Below are positions 1 to 12,876 of a DNA stretch of 64,000 nt, one piece after another (the first letter of the stretch is position 1; every line of letters begins with the position of its first letter). The notes below the pieces were generated by a model that saw only the letters and a list, made by a program, of their open reading frames with translations, was not told where the DNA came from and searched no databases. Made by a program: the position numbers and the translations under genes. The stretch is from Nemertoderma westbladi (lineage: Eukaryota; Animalia; Xenacoelomorpha), in NCBI GenBank assembly GCA_032718475.1, contig JAUCBJ010009039.1, positions 1 through 64,000 on the forward strand. The letters are read 5' to 3'.

Positions 1-1845
1 CCCCTCCACACAAACCTCAGTTGTCTGCTACATGTGTACCGATGTGTTTTGGGAGCCCCCCCCCCTGCACACAAACCTCAGTTATCTACATGTGTACCGA
101 TGTGTGTTGGGATTTCTTTCCCGCACCGACATAGTTCTTTCTCAATTATTGGATTTATCACCTCAACTCCAATTCATTTATTTAATATCACCTGGCAGAA
201 TACTCGTGCTGAATATTTATTTACTTGTACTCCCCTCCTGTTTTCACTCTAACCTACTTGATGACGGTAGGTCCACCGTTCAAACGTAAGACTGCTAAGC
301 AATAAGTGTCAGGGGAGAATGGCTGAACTTTTGTTAGTAGCGCTACTGATTAGGCCTAATAGGAGGCTGAAACACACCTATAGCGCTGGTTCAACCCCCG
401 GTGATGCCTTTCCTAATTTTTTTCACTCCTGAAATTATAATTTTAATTTTCAGCATGGCATTATTTATTAGTTTAAGTAATATAAATAGTTTAATGCATT
501 CAGTGTCGTTCTATTGAGCATCGTATCAGGATTACTGTTAAATTTAGGCTACGGCAAATAAAGAAAAAGAACAATACAATTGGGATGGATATTCAGTAGC
601 CTATAGTAGCCTACGAGGAATGGGGCATCGAACCAAACCGCACCTGCTCGTCCCACAAACAAGCACACGTCAATTTATCGGAGTGCGTAATTACGCAGCT
701 GTCCTCCATGTCTGCCATGGCCTACCCACCGGCACTGCCTACCGATAGAGGTCATTAATATTAATCAAGTGCTCCTCGCTCCGCTTATTATGAAATTGGA
801 TTGCTGTGTAAATAGCAGCAGAGATAATGCGGCAGCTTTATGGGGAAGTTGGGGTGTGCAAGGGAGAAAGAAGGGCTGACAGGGCCTCCCCTGGGGACTC
901 TGAGGAAACCAGTGTCCCATGGAGCATTTAAATTGGCAGATTAGGAGGAGAACTATACCTGTTGTGTGGGTCACACGGATACCTTGGGGGATTCTCTCTA
1001 CCTGTGATCCAATTATCGAGCAGTAGGCCTATATACGCGAATTAGTCGGTTTATCGAGGCAGAGTGGACACAAACAGTTCGGATATCTCAGATGAATCCA
1101 TTATTATTAAACATGTCGGTAGAACAAGGGAGCTGACTGAATCCCAGAACAACGAAATGGGTTAATAGGTAAACTTCATTATTCATCAAAGAAAGGAACA
1201 GCTGTGTAAATCCTACTGAAGCGGTGTAATTATCAATAGTTACTGCCTCGTAGTCTGGCTTGCTTGTGCTATATAAACATTCCGAACATTCAGATTTACG
1301 GCGATGTTCCGCACTGTAATGCAACACGCATTCCCCCGACCATATCAGTCATATTGATTTTTGCGAAGTAAATCAATCACAGTCCGCGCGTTTGTTATAT
1401 TTACTATAGCAGTGCTTGTAAATGTTGCCACAAAGACATCGGCTATCACCATAGTTACTATATACTTATCGCGGCACCACAAAGATATTTCAATTGGATC
1501 CCACACTGCACACTCCATGTTACAAGATAACACCACATAACACGCGCACATAATGGTAGTGTGGCAAGATTTAGCGTAGGCCTTAAAATTGAATACGACC
1601 TGAGTCTGAGCACCTCAAACAGCATTAGGGCGCCATGAAAGAAGATCAATAACAACTAATGGTGAAGTCAAGTTAGGTCGGGGGGGGGGGGGGGGGGGGT
1701 AGGTCCCATTATAAGGTCTATCTACCCACTGCCACTAAAGTCCGTGTTTTGATGATTTTAAACCTTTAACAACAACCTACATAATCTAGTAACATGTGTT
1801 AACTTTCGTGTATTGCTTTGGTTTCCCTTGATTTGTTTTCATTCT

Positions 1846-1990
1846 AAAACAACTTACCACGAGCCCCATTACGAGATTGCGAACTTTTCGTATTCTAGAA
1901 CAACTTACCACGAACCCCATTACGAGATTGCGAACTTTTCGTATTCTAGAACAACTTACCACGAGTCCCATTACGAGATTGCGAACTTTC
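1846..1990 (-). repeat. 51-bp tandem triplication of the MTG exon 3' end plus donor
   Basis: GTG|GTAAGTTG donors with exon ends at 1960, 1909 and 1858, exactly 51 bp apart. Confidence 0.9.
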
Positions 1991-2216
1991 TCCCCGGTCT
2001 CCACATTAATATCATCACCGAACTGCTGCAAGGTGGTCAGGAACCTCTTCAACTTGCTCAACTGGCGAGCACCGCCGGAATCCGGAATCGACTCCGGATT
2101 GTGGGGGGAGCCGGACACCCGACTGCTGCACCGAGATGATGAACCTGGACTTATTAGAGGCATCGGAGATGACGTCATAGTCTTTGACCCATTCATCATA
2201 TAACCAGGTGGAGATC
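1960..2216 (-). CDS. RUNX1T1: Exon of MTG/ETO/nervy (RUNX1T1/CBFA2T family) corepressor, N-terminal part of the NHR1/TAFH domain; gene continues past the left edge of the window
   Basis: Translation contains [38 protein letters not shown], the MTG-family NHR1 signature. Acceptor TATTTCAG ends at 2217 and donor GTG|GTAAGT starts at 1959. The symbol denotes the family; the orthologue is not resolved. Confidence 0.9.
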
Positions 2217-5200
2217 CTGAAATAGTATGACAATTTATGTTACCTTTAATTTACATTCATTGTAAATTAATTATTATGATTTTTACTACCGGTAAACTGT
2301 ATAAGTAATCTGCAAATAGAGTTATAAATTATTAGTTAATGATTGAATTATAATATTTGGGCCCATGTGAAACCAGACTTTCCGCTTTGCAGTTTACCCC
2401 ATGTTAAGAATACCAGGTATTCACTAAAACCCAGGTTACATAAGTGCTGAATCTAACCAAAACACTCAATAAGGCTAAATAAAAAAATTCTTCAAATACA
2501 AAATTTAATAAAATTTTGACGTAAAAACCTGGTATTCTGCCCTTGAGCGATATTTGTAATAAATAAATAATATTACGAAGGACGGCTAAACTTTTCTGGT
2601 AAATTTAACATAATTTTTTACTCACTGGGCGGTAGGGATGAAACTGAAGAAGATGGTCGTGACACTAGATTGAGAGCGGCGTTCGATGTTGTTCCAAATA
2701 TTGCTGTAGACGATGAACCACTAGCCATAGAAGGGCGGGCGGCCGTTCGCATAGAATGGGCGTGTCCTTGTCCGAGAGATCGAAAGGGTGACGTCACAAA
2801 GTAAGCACCATCTGCGACCGTAAAATAGTGCTTGGAAGTGCGTCAGCTGCCACTGCAAGTAAAGTGGAGTATAAATAGAGATCTCCACCCTGGTTTGTGG
2901 CACCACATGGGCCTTGTAATTTCTCCCTATAGTTATAGTTAACGTTCAACACATGTTACATCAATAGGGAATAGCAGGACCCGCACGCGCAATCGCTAGC
3001 TTACAGGTTGGTGCAGGCTGCTGTTATGGCATAAGCGGGGCAGTTAAACAGTATTGGTTGGGTACCCAGGAGCCAATTACCATTTAATATGGCTGGAATA
3101 ATACGCCATATGGTGCAGCTCCACAATTATACCGACATGTATGGGCTGACGGATAAATATAAATGAGTTGACGAAATTATATTATTATACTCTAAACACA
3201 CTCGAGAAGGCCGTCACTTAGTGCCATAGTGGTATAAATAAACTAAGATGACTATATATTATAAGGTTAATAATTTCATTTCACAAGGGTTTACACAAGC
3301 GCCGGCATTCCTTATTGAAAGGATCCAAACATAGAAATCCACATGTTATAACAAGAACAACTGCGCATGGGTTTCTGTTTAATTTCACCACTAAGCGAGC
3401 TAGTATTCCCGACTGATCGGTCACATGTATCTGCCGTTTCTGCAGCCAGTCAGCCGGCGATGACCTCTATCATGTAACCATGTGTTGGTCTGTTCTATGC
3501 TTGCCCTGCCCACCTGTAGTTCGCGTTGCACGTATATAACCCAATCATCAAAATTTTATGGGACTACTTTGTGTGCTTTTAGTTTTAAAGACTTGTGAGA
3601 TGTCTGCCACATAATTTTTGGGGGTCAATTTCTGGGCCAAATTTACAATTTGGGGGTGTAATTATATTTATTAACAACGAATCACGGTTCCAATAAACTC
3701 ATCCAAAAACGTTTCAACGACAATGGTTCTTTATAAGTCCACTGCTTTGCTTCCATAGCGATTGGCAGACCATTCGAGCGTTTTTGAGTGCCTGGAAAAT
3801 TTAAAACCTTCAGTTCATAATGTCCCAAATTCCGGATCAAGCATCAAGCTGTTGCATAGCAACGGAATGGGGAAGGGGGGTGATTAATTAACTAACGATG
3901 TTCGGGAAGACAGTGAGACAGATTCACCAATGGTGGCAGGGACTAGGGGCAGCAGCAGTAGCCCTTCATTAATCCAAGACAAATAGCGCTGCCACACCAA
4001 CCTGATATAACCCACACAATGTTTCGCCCCATTTCATTATTTAACTGCACTATTTTATCCCAGCGTGGCATTGGCAGCATGCTGTCAGGCAAATTTTGCC
4101 GATTATGGGAAGAGACAGACGGTAAGATCACCTATAGAAAGGATAGCGAGCATTAGCGGAAATCGGGTTCCCCTAGGCAAAACAGCAAGAGGGCGGAAAC
4201 GTGACAGAACGTGAAATGTAAAACAAGAGAATAGGTTAACAGAAGAGGAGTCACGGCGCGTTTTGGGAGGCATAATTACCGCAGAAGGTTATGGAAACGA
4301 GCGAACGTGCCGAAACTGGATTCCGGAGACAGCTCGATAATCAACGAGGTGCCTCCAGCCACTAGCTAATAGTTAGGAAAAATACCAATTCATGATAATT
4401 AAAAACCTGCTGTCAAAATTGTTGCATCTGTACATGCGCGGCTACTTTTCAAGTAATAATAATCAGATGGAATTAATTGAATTCAAATTACAATTTTTTG
4501 CGGTCTTCTAATTTCTTCTGATGTTAAAACTTTAGTGTAGCGAGAATATATCAGAAACATAAAAAAGTATATTATATATACTAGATACTATATACAGATA
4601 TGTCGCGTTCGTATTCCATATTCATAGTAAAGCAAATGATTAGGTTCTCTTGCACCAGCTTGGGCCGGATGAAAGTCAGATGACAGTAGAGGATGTATAT
4701 ATTATTCCAGTTGACGGGGGGAGGGGGGGGGGGGGGGGGGGGGGGAGGCGCAATGAAAATTCACCCCTCGACAGGGGAAATAACAGCTGATTACTCCCAA
4801 GAATAAAACTGTAAGCTGTTCTATTGTGTTTAGTTTATTGTTTTGGGTAGAATAACGTGCCACTGTAACGTGCTCTTTTCCATTAATTGATAATGTAACA
4901 TTGAGACCAGATATAATTCGCCAAGATGTGTGATTTGCGAACACCCCCCGTCTCCGTATGAGACAACCATTGGGCATTCATTCAAACTAGTAACAAACCA
5001 GTAACTGCTGCACCCACCGCCAACGAGCCAAGAGAGACTGGTTCCAAGAGGAACCAAGAGAGAGAAGCCGTACATATACTATACGATAAACGAATACTAA
5101 GGTTTAACTCACTATGTCGATGTCGCAGTCGCTCGCCTTCTCCTCATATTTGACTTGAGTTTAGGTGATTAGCTCCATATCTCATGACAGAATAAATAAG

Positions 5201-8069
5201 CCTAATTACTTCGCAGTTGACAGGATATTGTGTCCAAAGAGACGGAGAGTTAAGCCCATTGCCCGTTGCTTAAACCTGACACTTGCTGTCAGAAGCCCTC
5301 TTACTACTAGTTAATTAAATACATAAAAAAATATCAGTAGTTGTTCGATGCCCCCATTACCATGAAGAACAAGAGGGGTGTTTGTCCTAATCCCCAGTGG
5401 AAATATGGATATATTTAAAGCGAAACGAATCAAATTACAAAATACATTAAATTGAATATGAAAATACAACCACTATAAATTAATATTTCCCATACAAACT
5501 AAAAGTTGTGCACTATTACTGTGTGTTGTAAAACGGCGCGGTTTGTTTATTTGAATGGCCTTGCGAACTGGTACACGTGTATGCATGCATCCCACAGCGG
5601 GAAGGGAAAAGAAACGCCCTGTTTAAGAAGCGGCCAACACCCAAAACTGGGTGGGGTGCCCACGGGGATGCAAGGCATATCTCAGACTGTGTTAACTTAC
5701 TCCCAAACAATTCATAATGAGAGTTACAAATCGCCGCATTAGCTGTAGGTGCTGAAATCGCGCCAAACACTACGAGAGGCGTATACATACATATTTATCT
5801 CTCACACGGTAAAGTTTACAAATGTTTATTGACACCGACATATTTTGTGCGGTTATTGATTGGTTGATAATCCGTAACATAAAAAAACACCCGATATACA
5901 CAGACCGAGGGAGAGCATACCAGGGACAATAAAAAAAACACCCGAAATACACAGACCGAGGGAGAGCATACCAGGGACAATAAAAAATGTATGCAGTGAG
6001 ATTGACCTAACAACCGCCACGCCCCTCTTCTACAATCTTAATTATAATTAATTAACTTTCTTTAACGTTTTTCCAACTTTTTTTTATTATCTTGAAAAAT
6101 TTTCAAATTCTCATATCTCATCTATTTCTCGTTCAAATTCACACGTTTACATTTTTAGAAACCTAATAATGACGCGAAGGTCGATGCTTTGCAGCAGAGT
6201 GCATGTGGCACATTTATCCATGTCACGATAGCCGCAGCCAGCATAACCAAACAACCCACGCGGTGCCGGTGAGCTCTAGTGATATGATACAGAACTGAAC
6301 ACGAAGTCTCTCAAAATTGCCATGGGTGGCTGATGGTTTACCAGAGATATAATGCCGGTAATTTGCTACATTTCGATTTTATAAGCACCTCATGCTCACA
6401 TGCACAATTAATTAAATTAGCTAAAGCTCAAACTCAATGAAAATGGAGTTATGTTACTAATTGAATACGTTGGCTCAAGGACCCATCCATGTGCTGTGCA
6501 GCTGCACATATCTGTCAGCTGTCATAGCTGCCGTCTAACAAGCCAGACAATAGTGTGTCAGCGACATGAGATGAAACTATAACATAATAAAATCCTCCAT
6601 TACAATGTGACAAACACAACAAAAAGTACGGTACCGGTAGGTGGATTATAATCAAAATTACAAACGTTATGTAAGGAAAGTTAGCTGGCCGTGGCCCTGG
6701 CCTTCATTCAAACATTTCTGTAGAAAACCAAAATAAACCAATAAAAAAACTTTAAATCTTACCTGTAAGTGAAGGTTTTTCTGTATTGTAGACAATAATC
6801 CCACTAAAATCAATGCAGCTATATATTATTCCGATAATTTGCAAGCAAGGTGCAGTGTATATGCCTACAACACCGCTCCTTCAGTCAGTGAATATCTCAA
6901 CACTGCAAAATATTGTAATCGCTCAAAATTCTGTACTTGCGTGAAATACAATAACCACTACCGGTACGATTATCTACATCAAAAACAATGATATACAATA
7001 TTAAACTTAAGGCTGTTATTATGTATGTAAATTTGCCGTATAATTGTTAATACTATAAATACTTTATGAGAAAAGAAACAAATACAGGGGACAGTTGTTA
7101 TCAATATAATTACTACAAGCTCCATGAAGAAAATATAGTTACAGTAAATACAGTAACGTGTGAATGGGCTTCATTGCGCTGGAATAAGCGATTAAAAAAT
7201 AATTAAATAAAAGGAAAAACATAATTACTGATAGACATAAGGTTGTTAGTTATCGAACTTTAAATACATAATTGTAACAATGTACATAGTGCATACGGCA
7301 TGTTCTCACGGGTAAACTAACAGGAGGGCCGGCGAGCCCAAAGGGGCAGCTCAGAAAATAAACTAACATTATGGGGGGGCAATAGTAAATGAGAGTGTAG
7401 CCGAGAGAGTATGAACGAAACGCTATCAGCTGCGCCCTTCTATAAAACTGCAAACACATGCTTACCGTGGCGCAGCAAGTATAAGCAACACGGCCAACTA
7501 TTGGCCCAGAAAGCCTGCGTATCTCATTTACTAACCAACATCATCACCAGCCTGAAGAACGCAAAGGGGTGATGGAAATCTAGCAGGTGCTGTTTCAACC
7601 AATGCTCTCTCATTGGATGTAAACAGGCACAGATGTCTCGGCAGCTGTGTTTCCTGGAATCGTTAGTTATAAGGCCCGGAGATTATTGGCCACACTGTCC
7701 CTGAGGCTGGGTGATGCATGGCCATCGCTGTTAATTGAATCCTTAAAATTTAAATGAGAAATAATTATCCGTCCACAGCTGCGAATTGTAATGTAAGTTA
7801 ATGTTTATGAATCGGTGTATTACTTTTCATTGGCAGTATCACCATCTCTCGTTGTTTAATAGGCAGGACTCGCAGCAGCGAGAAGGAGTGAACAGGATTC
7901 AGTTGATTACCATCATTTTACTTAATTTAATCATTATTGTGATTTATTAAGAACAAATGACCCTTAAATTCCATTGCGATATTACACAATATGCATTATG
8001 TGATAATTCCTTTAACAATAGCACAAAATCACCGCAATGATAACTATATGATTGGCAAGACCAAAACAG

Positions 8070-9007
8070 AGCGCGAACTTTCTTCCTAAGATGTGAAAAT
8101 GCGAATTTTGTTCCAATTCACTGCGTACTTGGTTCCTATTATGGCGCATTTTGTTCCTATGAAATATTATTAGTCTGTCTGTCTCGCAAATCTATTGCGA
8201 ATTTTGTTCCTATGACAGCGAATTTTATTCTACTCACAATTAAAGTACTGCAGTACCGGGTAACGTGGCTCCTCAACTAGGTAACGTGGCTCCTCAACTG
8301 GGTAACGTTGCTCCTCAACTGGGTAACGTGGCTCCTCAACCGGGTAACGTGGCTCCTCAACCGGGTAACGTGGATCCTCAACCGGGTAACGTGGCTCCTC
8401 AACTAGGTAACGTGGCTCCTCAACTGGGTAACGTGGCTCCTCAACCGGGTAACGTGGCTCCTCAACTAGGTAACGTGGCTCCTCAACTGGGTAACGTGGC
8501 TCCTCAACCGGGTAACGTGGCTCCTCAACTAGGTAACGTGGCTCCTCAACTGGGTAACGTGGCTCCTCAACTAGGTAACGTGGCTCCTCAACCGGGTAAC
8601 GTGGCTCCTCAACTAGGTAACGTGGCTCCTCAACCGGGTAACGTGGATCCTCAACCGGGTAACGTGGCTCCTCAACCGGGTAACGTTATACAACTCCCCA
8701 ATGGGCAACTATTTTATCAATTTTGAAATTAAACATTAGCGTAATATTATATTATACTTATCTGCATAGGATGATGCATTTATTTACAATTAATTAATAA
8801 TACTGATGTGATATATAGATAACAAATATTTATTTCATCTCGCAAAGTTCGCAATAATAGGAACAAAGTTCGCAATAATAGGAACAAAGTTCGCATTGAT
8901 AGGAACAAAGTTCGCAATAATTGGAACATTAATTAAACTTGAAATTTGATAGTTCGCAAGTAGAGGAACAAAGTTCGTAAAATATCAATAGGAACAAAAT
9001 TCGCGCC
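8070..9007. mobile_element. Non-autonomous TIR element (Mutator/foldback-like) carrying a 21-bp minisatellite
   Basis: Left end AGCGCGAACTTTCTTCC versus reverse complement of right end GGCGCGAATTTTGTTCC; inverted subterminal GCGAATTTTGTTCC / GGAACAAAGTTCGC repeats; no clear TSD. Confidence 0.7.
8255..8687. repeat. 21-bp minisatellite (GGGTAACGTGGCTCCTCAACY), about 20 copies
   Basis: Seen directly; explains the repetitive APQLGNV ORF. Confidence 0.95.
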
Positions 9008-9114
9008 ACCGACAAGAAATATCAGCAATAAAGTTATAAATATATCAACGATCCCCAAAACTATTACCAAAAAACGTTTGTGTCCACTGTTTACGGTGAA
9101 CCATTCGAAGTCTT

Positions 9115-9530
9115 ATGGGGAGTCCTTCATTCTTATTCGTAATTGTGGTCGATTATGTTCTACGCATGTCCTTAGACCATCTTAATAAAGATGGGGTGAT
9201 GGTAACACCCCCTACTGGCACAAGAAGTAGAGGAAATCCAGCAAAATACCTTACTGATATAGACTTTGCTGATGACTTAGGGGTACTGTCAGAATCATTA
9301 GAGGCTACTCTGCTCCTTGGAGCAGGTTGCTACTAGTGTTGGTCTTTTTGTAAATTCCAAGAAGAGCAAAATCATGAGTCAACCTAGGCAGCCATTAAGA
9401 AATGTCTGATCGTAAGGGTATAAGCTCTAAGGACGGCTTGCTTGAGCACGTGTATGACTTCTGCTACTTGGGATCATGGATCAGAAAGTCAGGTGAAGAC
9501 CTTCGGATACGTAATGGGAAGGCTTCTGCC
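9115..9530 (+). pseudogene. Degraded RTE-clade reverse transcriptase fragment (a different subfamily from the two copies below)
   Basis: SPSFLFVIVVDYVLR...LTDIDFADDL and FCYLGSWI motifs in two frames. Confidence 0.8.
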
Positions 9531-9916
9531 TCTTTATTGCCGTCTCATCTTATTTTTAAGTGTTCCACTTGTTGTCCGCTGATTTTCCTTTTTTGTCTAC
9601 TCTATGGTGCTGATTATACTTGTCCTATTTAGTTAACACTAAATATGACGGGTGTGTGAATAATCTCGTGTAGGGTTGTTCAGTGGGATTACGTTTGCGT
9701 CTCACACACAGACATTAATTTGTAATTAGGATCAAAACGTATAGGTTAATAGGTTTGTCCTGTGTTGACACGTTTGGTTTGCCCAACGACGATACGTTTC
9801 AATGTTACATGACCCATGTCATCGACCTCACCCCTCGCCAGTCCATAGGTGCAATAGGATCGAAACGTAACTGTTTGGTCAACCAGCAGCTCCGATAAAT
9901 CAGGGACGAGCTACGG

Positions 9917-9971
9917 CCAATCAGCATTCAGAACGTTCCAGTCCCGATTTGCATAATGTCTGGCTATAAAA
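9917..9971 (+). promoter_or_regulatory. Pol II promoter-like module: CCAAT box, octamer, TATA box
   Basis: CCAAT 9917-9921, ATTTGCAT 9947-9954, TATAAAA 9965-9971; no downstream ORF identified. Confidence 0.5.
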
Positions 9972-10758
9972 GGGGCTGTTTTGTCACTTTCCTCACCTTC
10001 TTGCACCTTCACCCTCTGCTTGCGGAAGCCTCTCACTTTTACAGCAGTAAAAGTTTTTATATTTATAGTGACATTTTTATCTGTAAATACTGTAGTATTT
10101 CTGTGATATCTTTTAACTTCTAAGTGATTCTAATGATTATACAGTTCCGGCAGTTCTCAACGATCTCAACTTGTTTTCACCTCAACTTCCCTTCCTCTAT
10201 AACAGTCCACTTCATCGAACTCTTAACGGGAGGTGTCGAATAGCCCTCTCACTTGGTAAGACCCGACGGAACAGGTGCAGTCTCCTCCTCTCTCTCACAA
10301 CTCTACGCCGTTCCTCACAGTGTTGAAGTGGGTCGGTGACTTGGCTCTTTGTGGTTGTAACTACGGATGAAGTATACTTTTCCGGAAATTTCCTTGAAAA
10401 AACATATTTCCGGAAAACTCACATCTCTAGTGATTGATGAAGGATAGATTGATTTACATGATTTATAACTAATTTCTGAATCTGAATTGGTATCAGAAAT
10501 GTATTCATTAATAATATAGGCCTACATTGGAATGTATATTATATATGATAGAAGGGACAATAATTTTCCCTTCTATTATTATAAATAAATTATTTATTGT
10601 TGCTTTTTATTGAATATGATAAACATTTTTATTTGGCAGCGATTCAGTCAGACTGCTGGAGATATATTAGAAATGTTGCAGAACTTATATCAAACTCGTA
10701 TGTGAAATGAAATAAGTACGTGGGTTTAAACTATGACTATGAACCATTTGAGTCCATT

Positions 10759-11586
10759 TGGGTGAAGATCTGGGATTCACACTTCAAGAACGCTGAAGTA
10801 GTAGATATCCGGCAACTACAGTCACAGACACCGACTTTGCGGAGGACATCGCCCTGCTCTCTAATACCCTAGCAGATGCACAGCTTCTACTAAATAAAGT
10901 GGAGAGGGCTGCGAAGGAGGTTGGATTGCATATAAATGCTACATAGACCGAATTCATGAATTCGGTCGATGAAAAATGATGGAAACTTGACAACCATTGA
11001 TAATAATCAACTAAGGAAGGTCGATGACTTCCAGTACCTTGGATCATGGATAGAGAGTAGCAAAAAGGACATAGAAGTTAGGAAAGCAAAGGCTTGGGTA
11101 GCTCTATCAAAAATGGATACCAGATCTCTCCAGGCACCTGAAGACTAAGTTCTTTCGAGCCACAGTGGAAAGTGTATTTTTATACGGGGGTGAGACCTGG
11201 ACACTGACTAAATCACTTGAACAACGAATTGATGGTTGCTACACAAGACTACTAAGGGCAGCCCTAAACATCAGCTGGAGACAACACATGACAAACGCCG
11301 AGCTTTATGGCACAATACCACCCATATCAACCACCCTCCGTGAACGCAGATTAAGATTCAGTGGGCTCTGCTGGCGAAGTAAAGACGAGGTCATACCAGA
11401 TCTACTTCTCTGGCAACCAACTCATGGAAAGCGTAGTGGTGGACGACCGGCCATAACATATATAAATCAACTTGAAAGGGATACTGAACTTGGGAGAAAC
11501 GAAATTGCGACAACTATGGAGAATCGGGAAGCCTGGAAGGATCTCATTTCCACTGTCCGAGTTCGCTCGACCTAGTAGTAGTAGTA
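10759..11586 (+). mobile_element. 5'-truncated RTE-clade LINE with (TAG)n tail
   Basis: [17 protein letters not shown] and [13 protein letters not shown] motifs with frameshifts; ends TAGTAGTAGTAG; nearly identical to 28577-29680. Confidence 0.92.
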
Positions 11587-12426
11587 TGATCCATTTTAAA
11601 CAAAATCAGTGGACATTTTTACATATCAAGGCATTTGAGATTTTTTGACATGAGATTTCTAGAAAGTATTTTTTACTCCAATACAGAGGGCAGGGCAGAT
11701 AGCTATTTTAAGTTTTGGATGAGTATGGCCGCAATAAAATTAAAACTCCCGATCCCGAATATTGTGTCCCGATCCCGTTTCAACACTAATTTACTCCCAT
11801 GTGAAGAATACCAGGTTTCACTAAAAACCCAGATTACAGGGGCTGAATCTATCCAAAACAATAGGCGAATAATTAGTATCTGTACAGGTTATAGAAATAA
11901 GCGCTATAAAACACTTCATAAGGAGAAATTAAAAAAATACAAATTCTTCATATATAAATTTATAATAGAATTTTGACCGAAAAGTGGAAACCTGGTATTA
12001 TTCGCATGGGCACAGGCCCATGTGAAGGATAACAAACTTTCTGCAATTATATTTCACTTTGCAATTTACCACCATTTGAAGAATACCTTGTTTTCACTAA
12101 AAACACATGTTACAGAAGGTCTGAATCTAACCAAAACAATAAACGTTTTAGTACCTGTAAAGGTTATAAGAGACTTGGAGGTCACCTCAACACCAATAAT
12201 AAAATAAACTAAGGTTATAAAACAAATGAAGTCTAATGAATTTCAGTAGTAATTGTTATATTATAATCCCTGTTGTGAACAATAAGGGTTAATATAACCT
12301 GAAGTTGCGAGCGATGGTAGGCCTACTTATGTATAAATTGAGTCATATTCATCAATACAGTTACTACCTGAGGTGTGATAAGTATCAGACAAACAAAAGT
12401 TGTTACACATTCTAACATTATAAAAA

Positions 12427-12876
12427 CTAGGAAAGGGCCTAGCGGCTCGTGAAGGAACCACCTGATCAACTAAAAGTAAACTCATTACTGTCTCTTCGCA
12501 TGCTCTGGACAAGTTTCGTTTAAGTCTAGTCGAGATTTATCGAGTTTCAGTTTCGGCCAATCAGAGCGTCCCCAGAACCCCGGCCCAACTGGGTCGTGGC
12601 CCAACCAGGGTGTTGAGACTAAGGTGAGGGATGTTCCTAGCGAGTATGGACGAGCTTCGTTCAATTCTAGTCGAGATTTATCGAATTTCAGTTTTGGCCA
12701 ATCAGAGTGTCCCACTCGTAGACCACTCGCCCCTTGGGTCTGAACATTTGCGATTAACCTTACTTGGCCTATGTATCTAAGGTCAAAAAATTAGGAAAAT
12801 CGTTAGAGCCGTTTTAAATTTGATCAGTCACTCAGTCAGTCACTCACTCATTGTCAACACGGTTTTATTTCTATGA
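12427..12876 (-). mobile_element. Non-autonomous Helitron, about 450 bp
   Basis: Minus strand reads A|TCATAGAAATAAAA, then a (GAGT/GACT)n microsatellite, two ~141-bp internal units, a GCC-GCTA-GGC mini-hairpin and CTAG|T. These are canonical TC...CTAG termini in an AT target. Confidence 0.7.

Noticed and set aside
6763-6903. Possible upstream MTG exon (TTTTGCAG...CAG|GTAAG)
   Set aside because: No ATG or homology; it could be a 5' UTR exon but cannot be supported without transcripts
8265-8726. APQLGNV repeat protein
   Set aside because: 21-bp minisatellite inside a TIR element; no ATG or splice context
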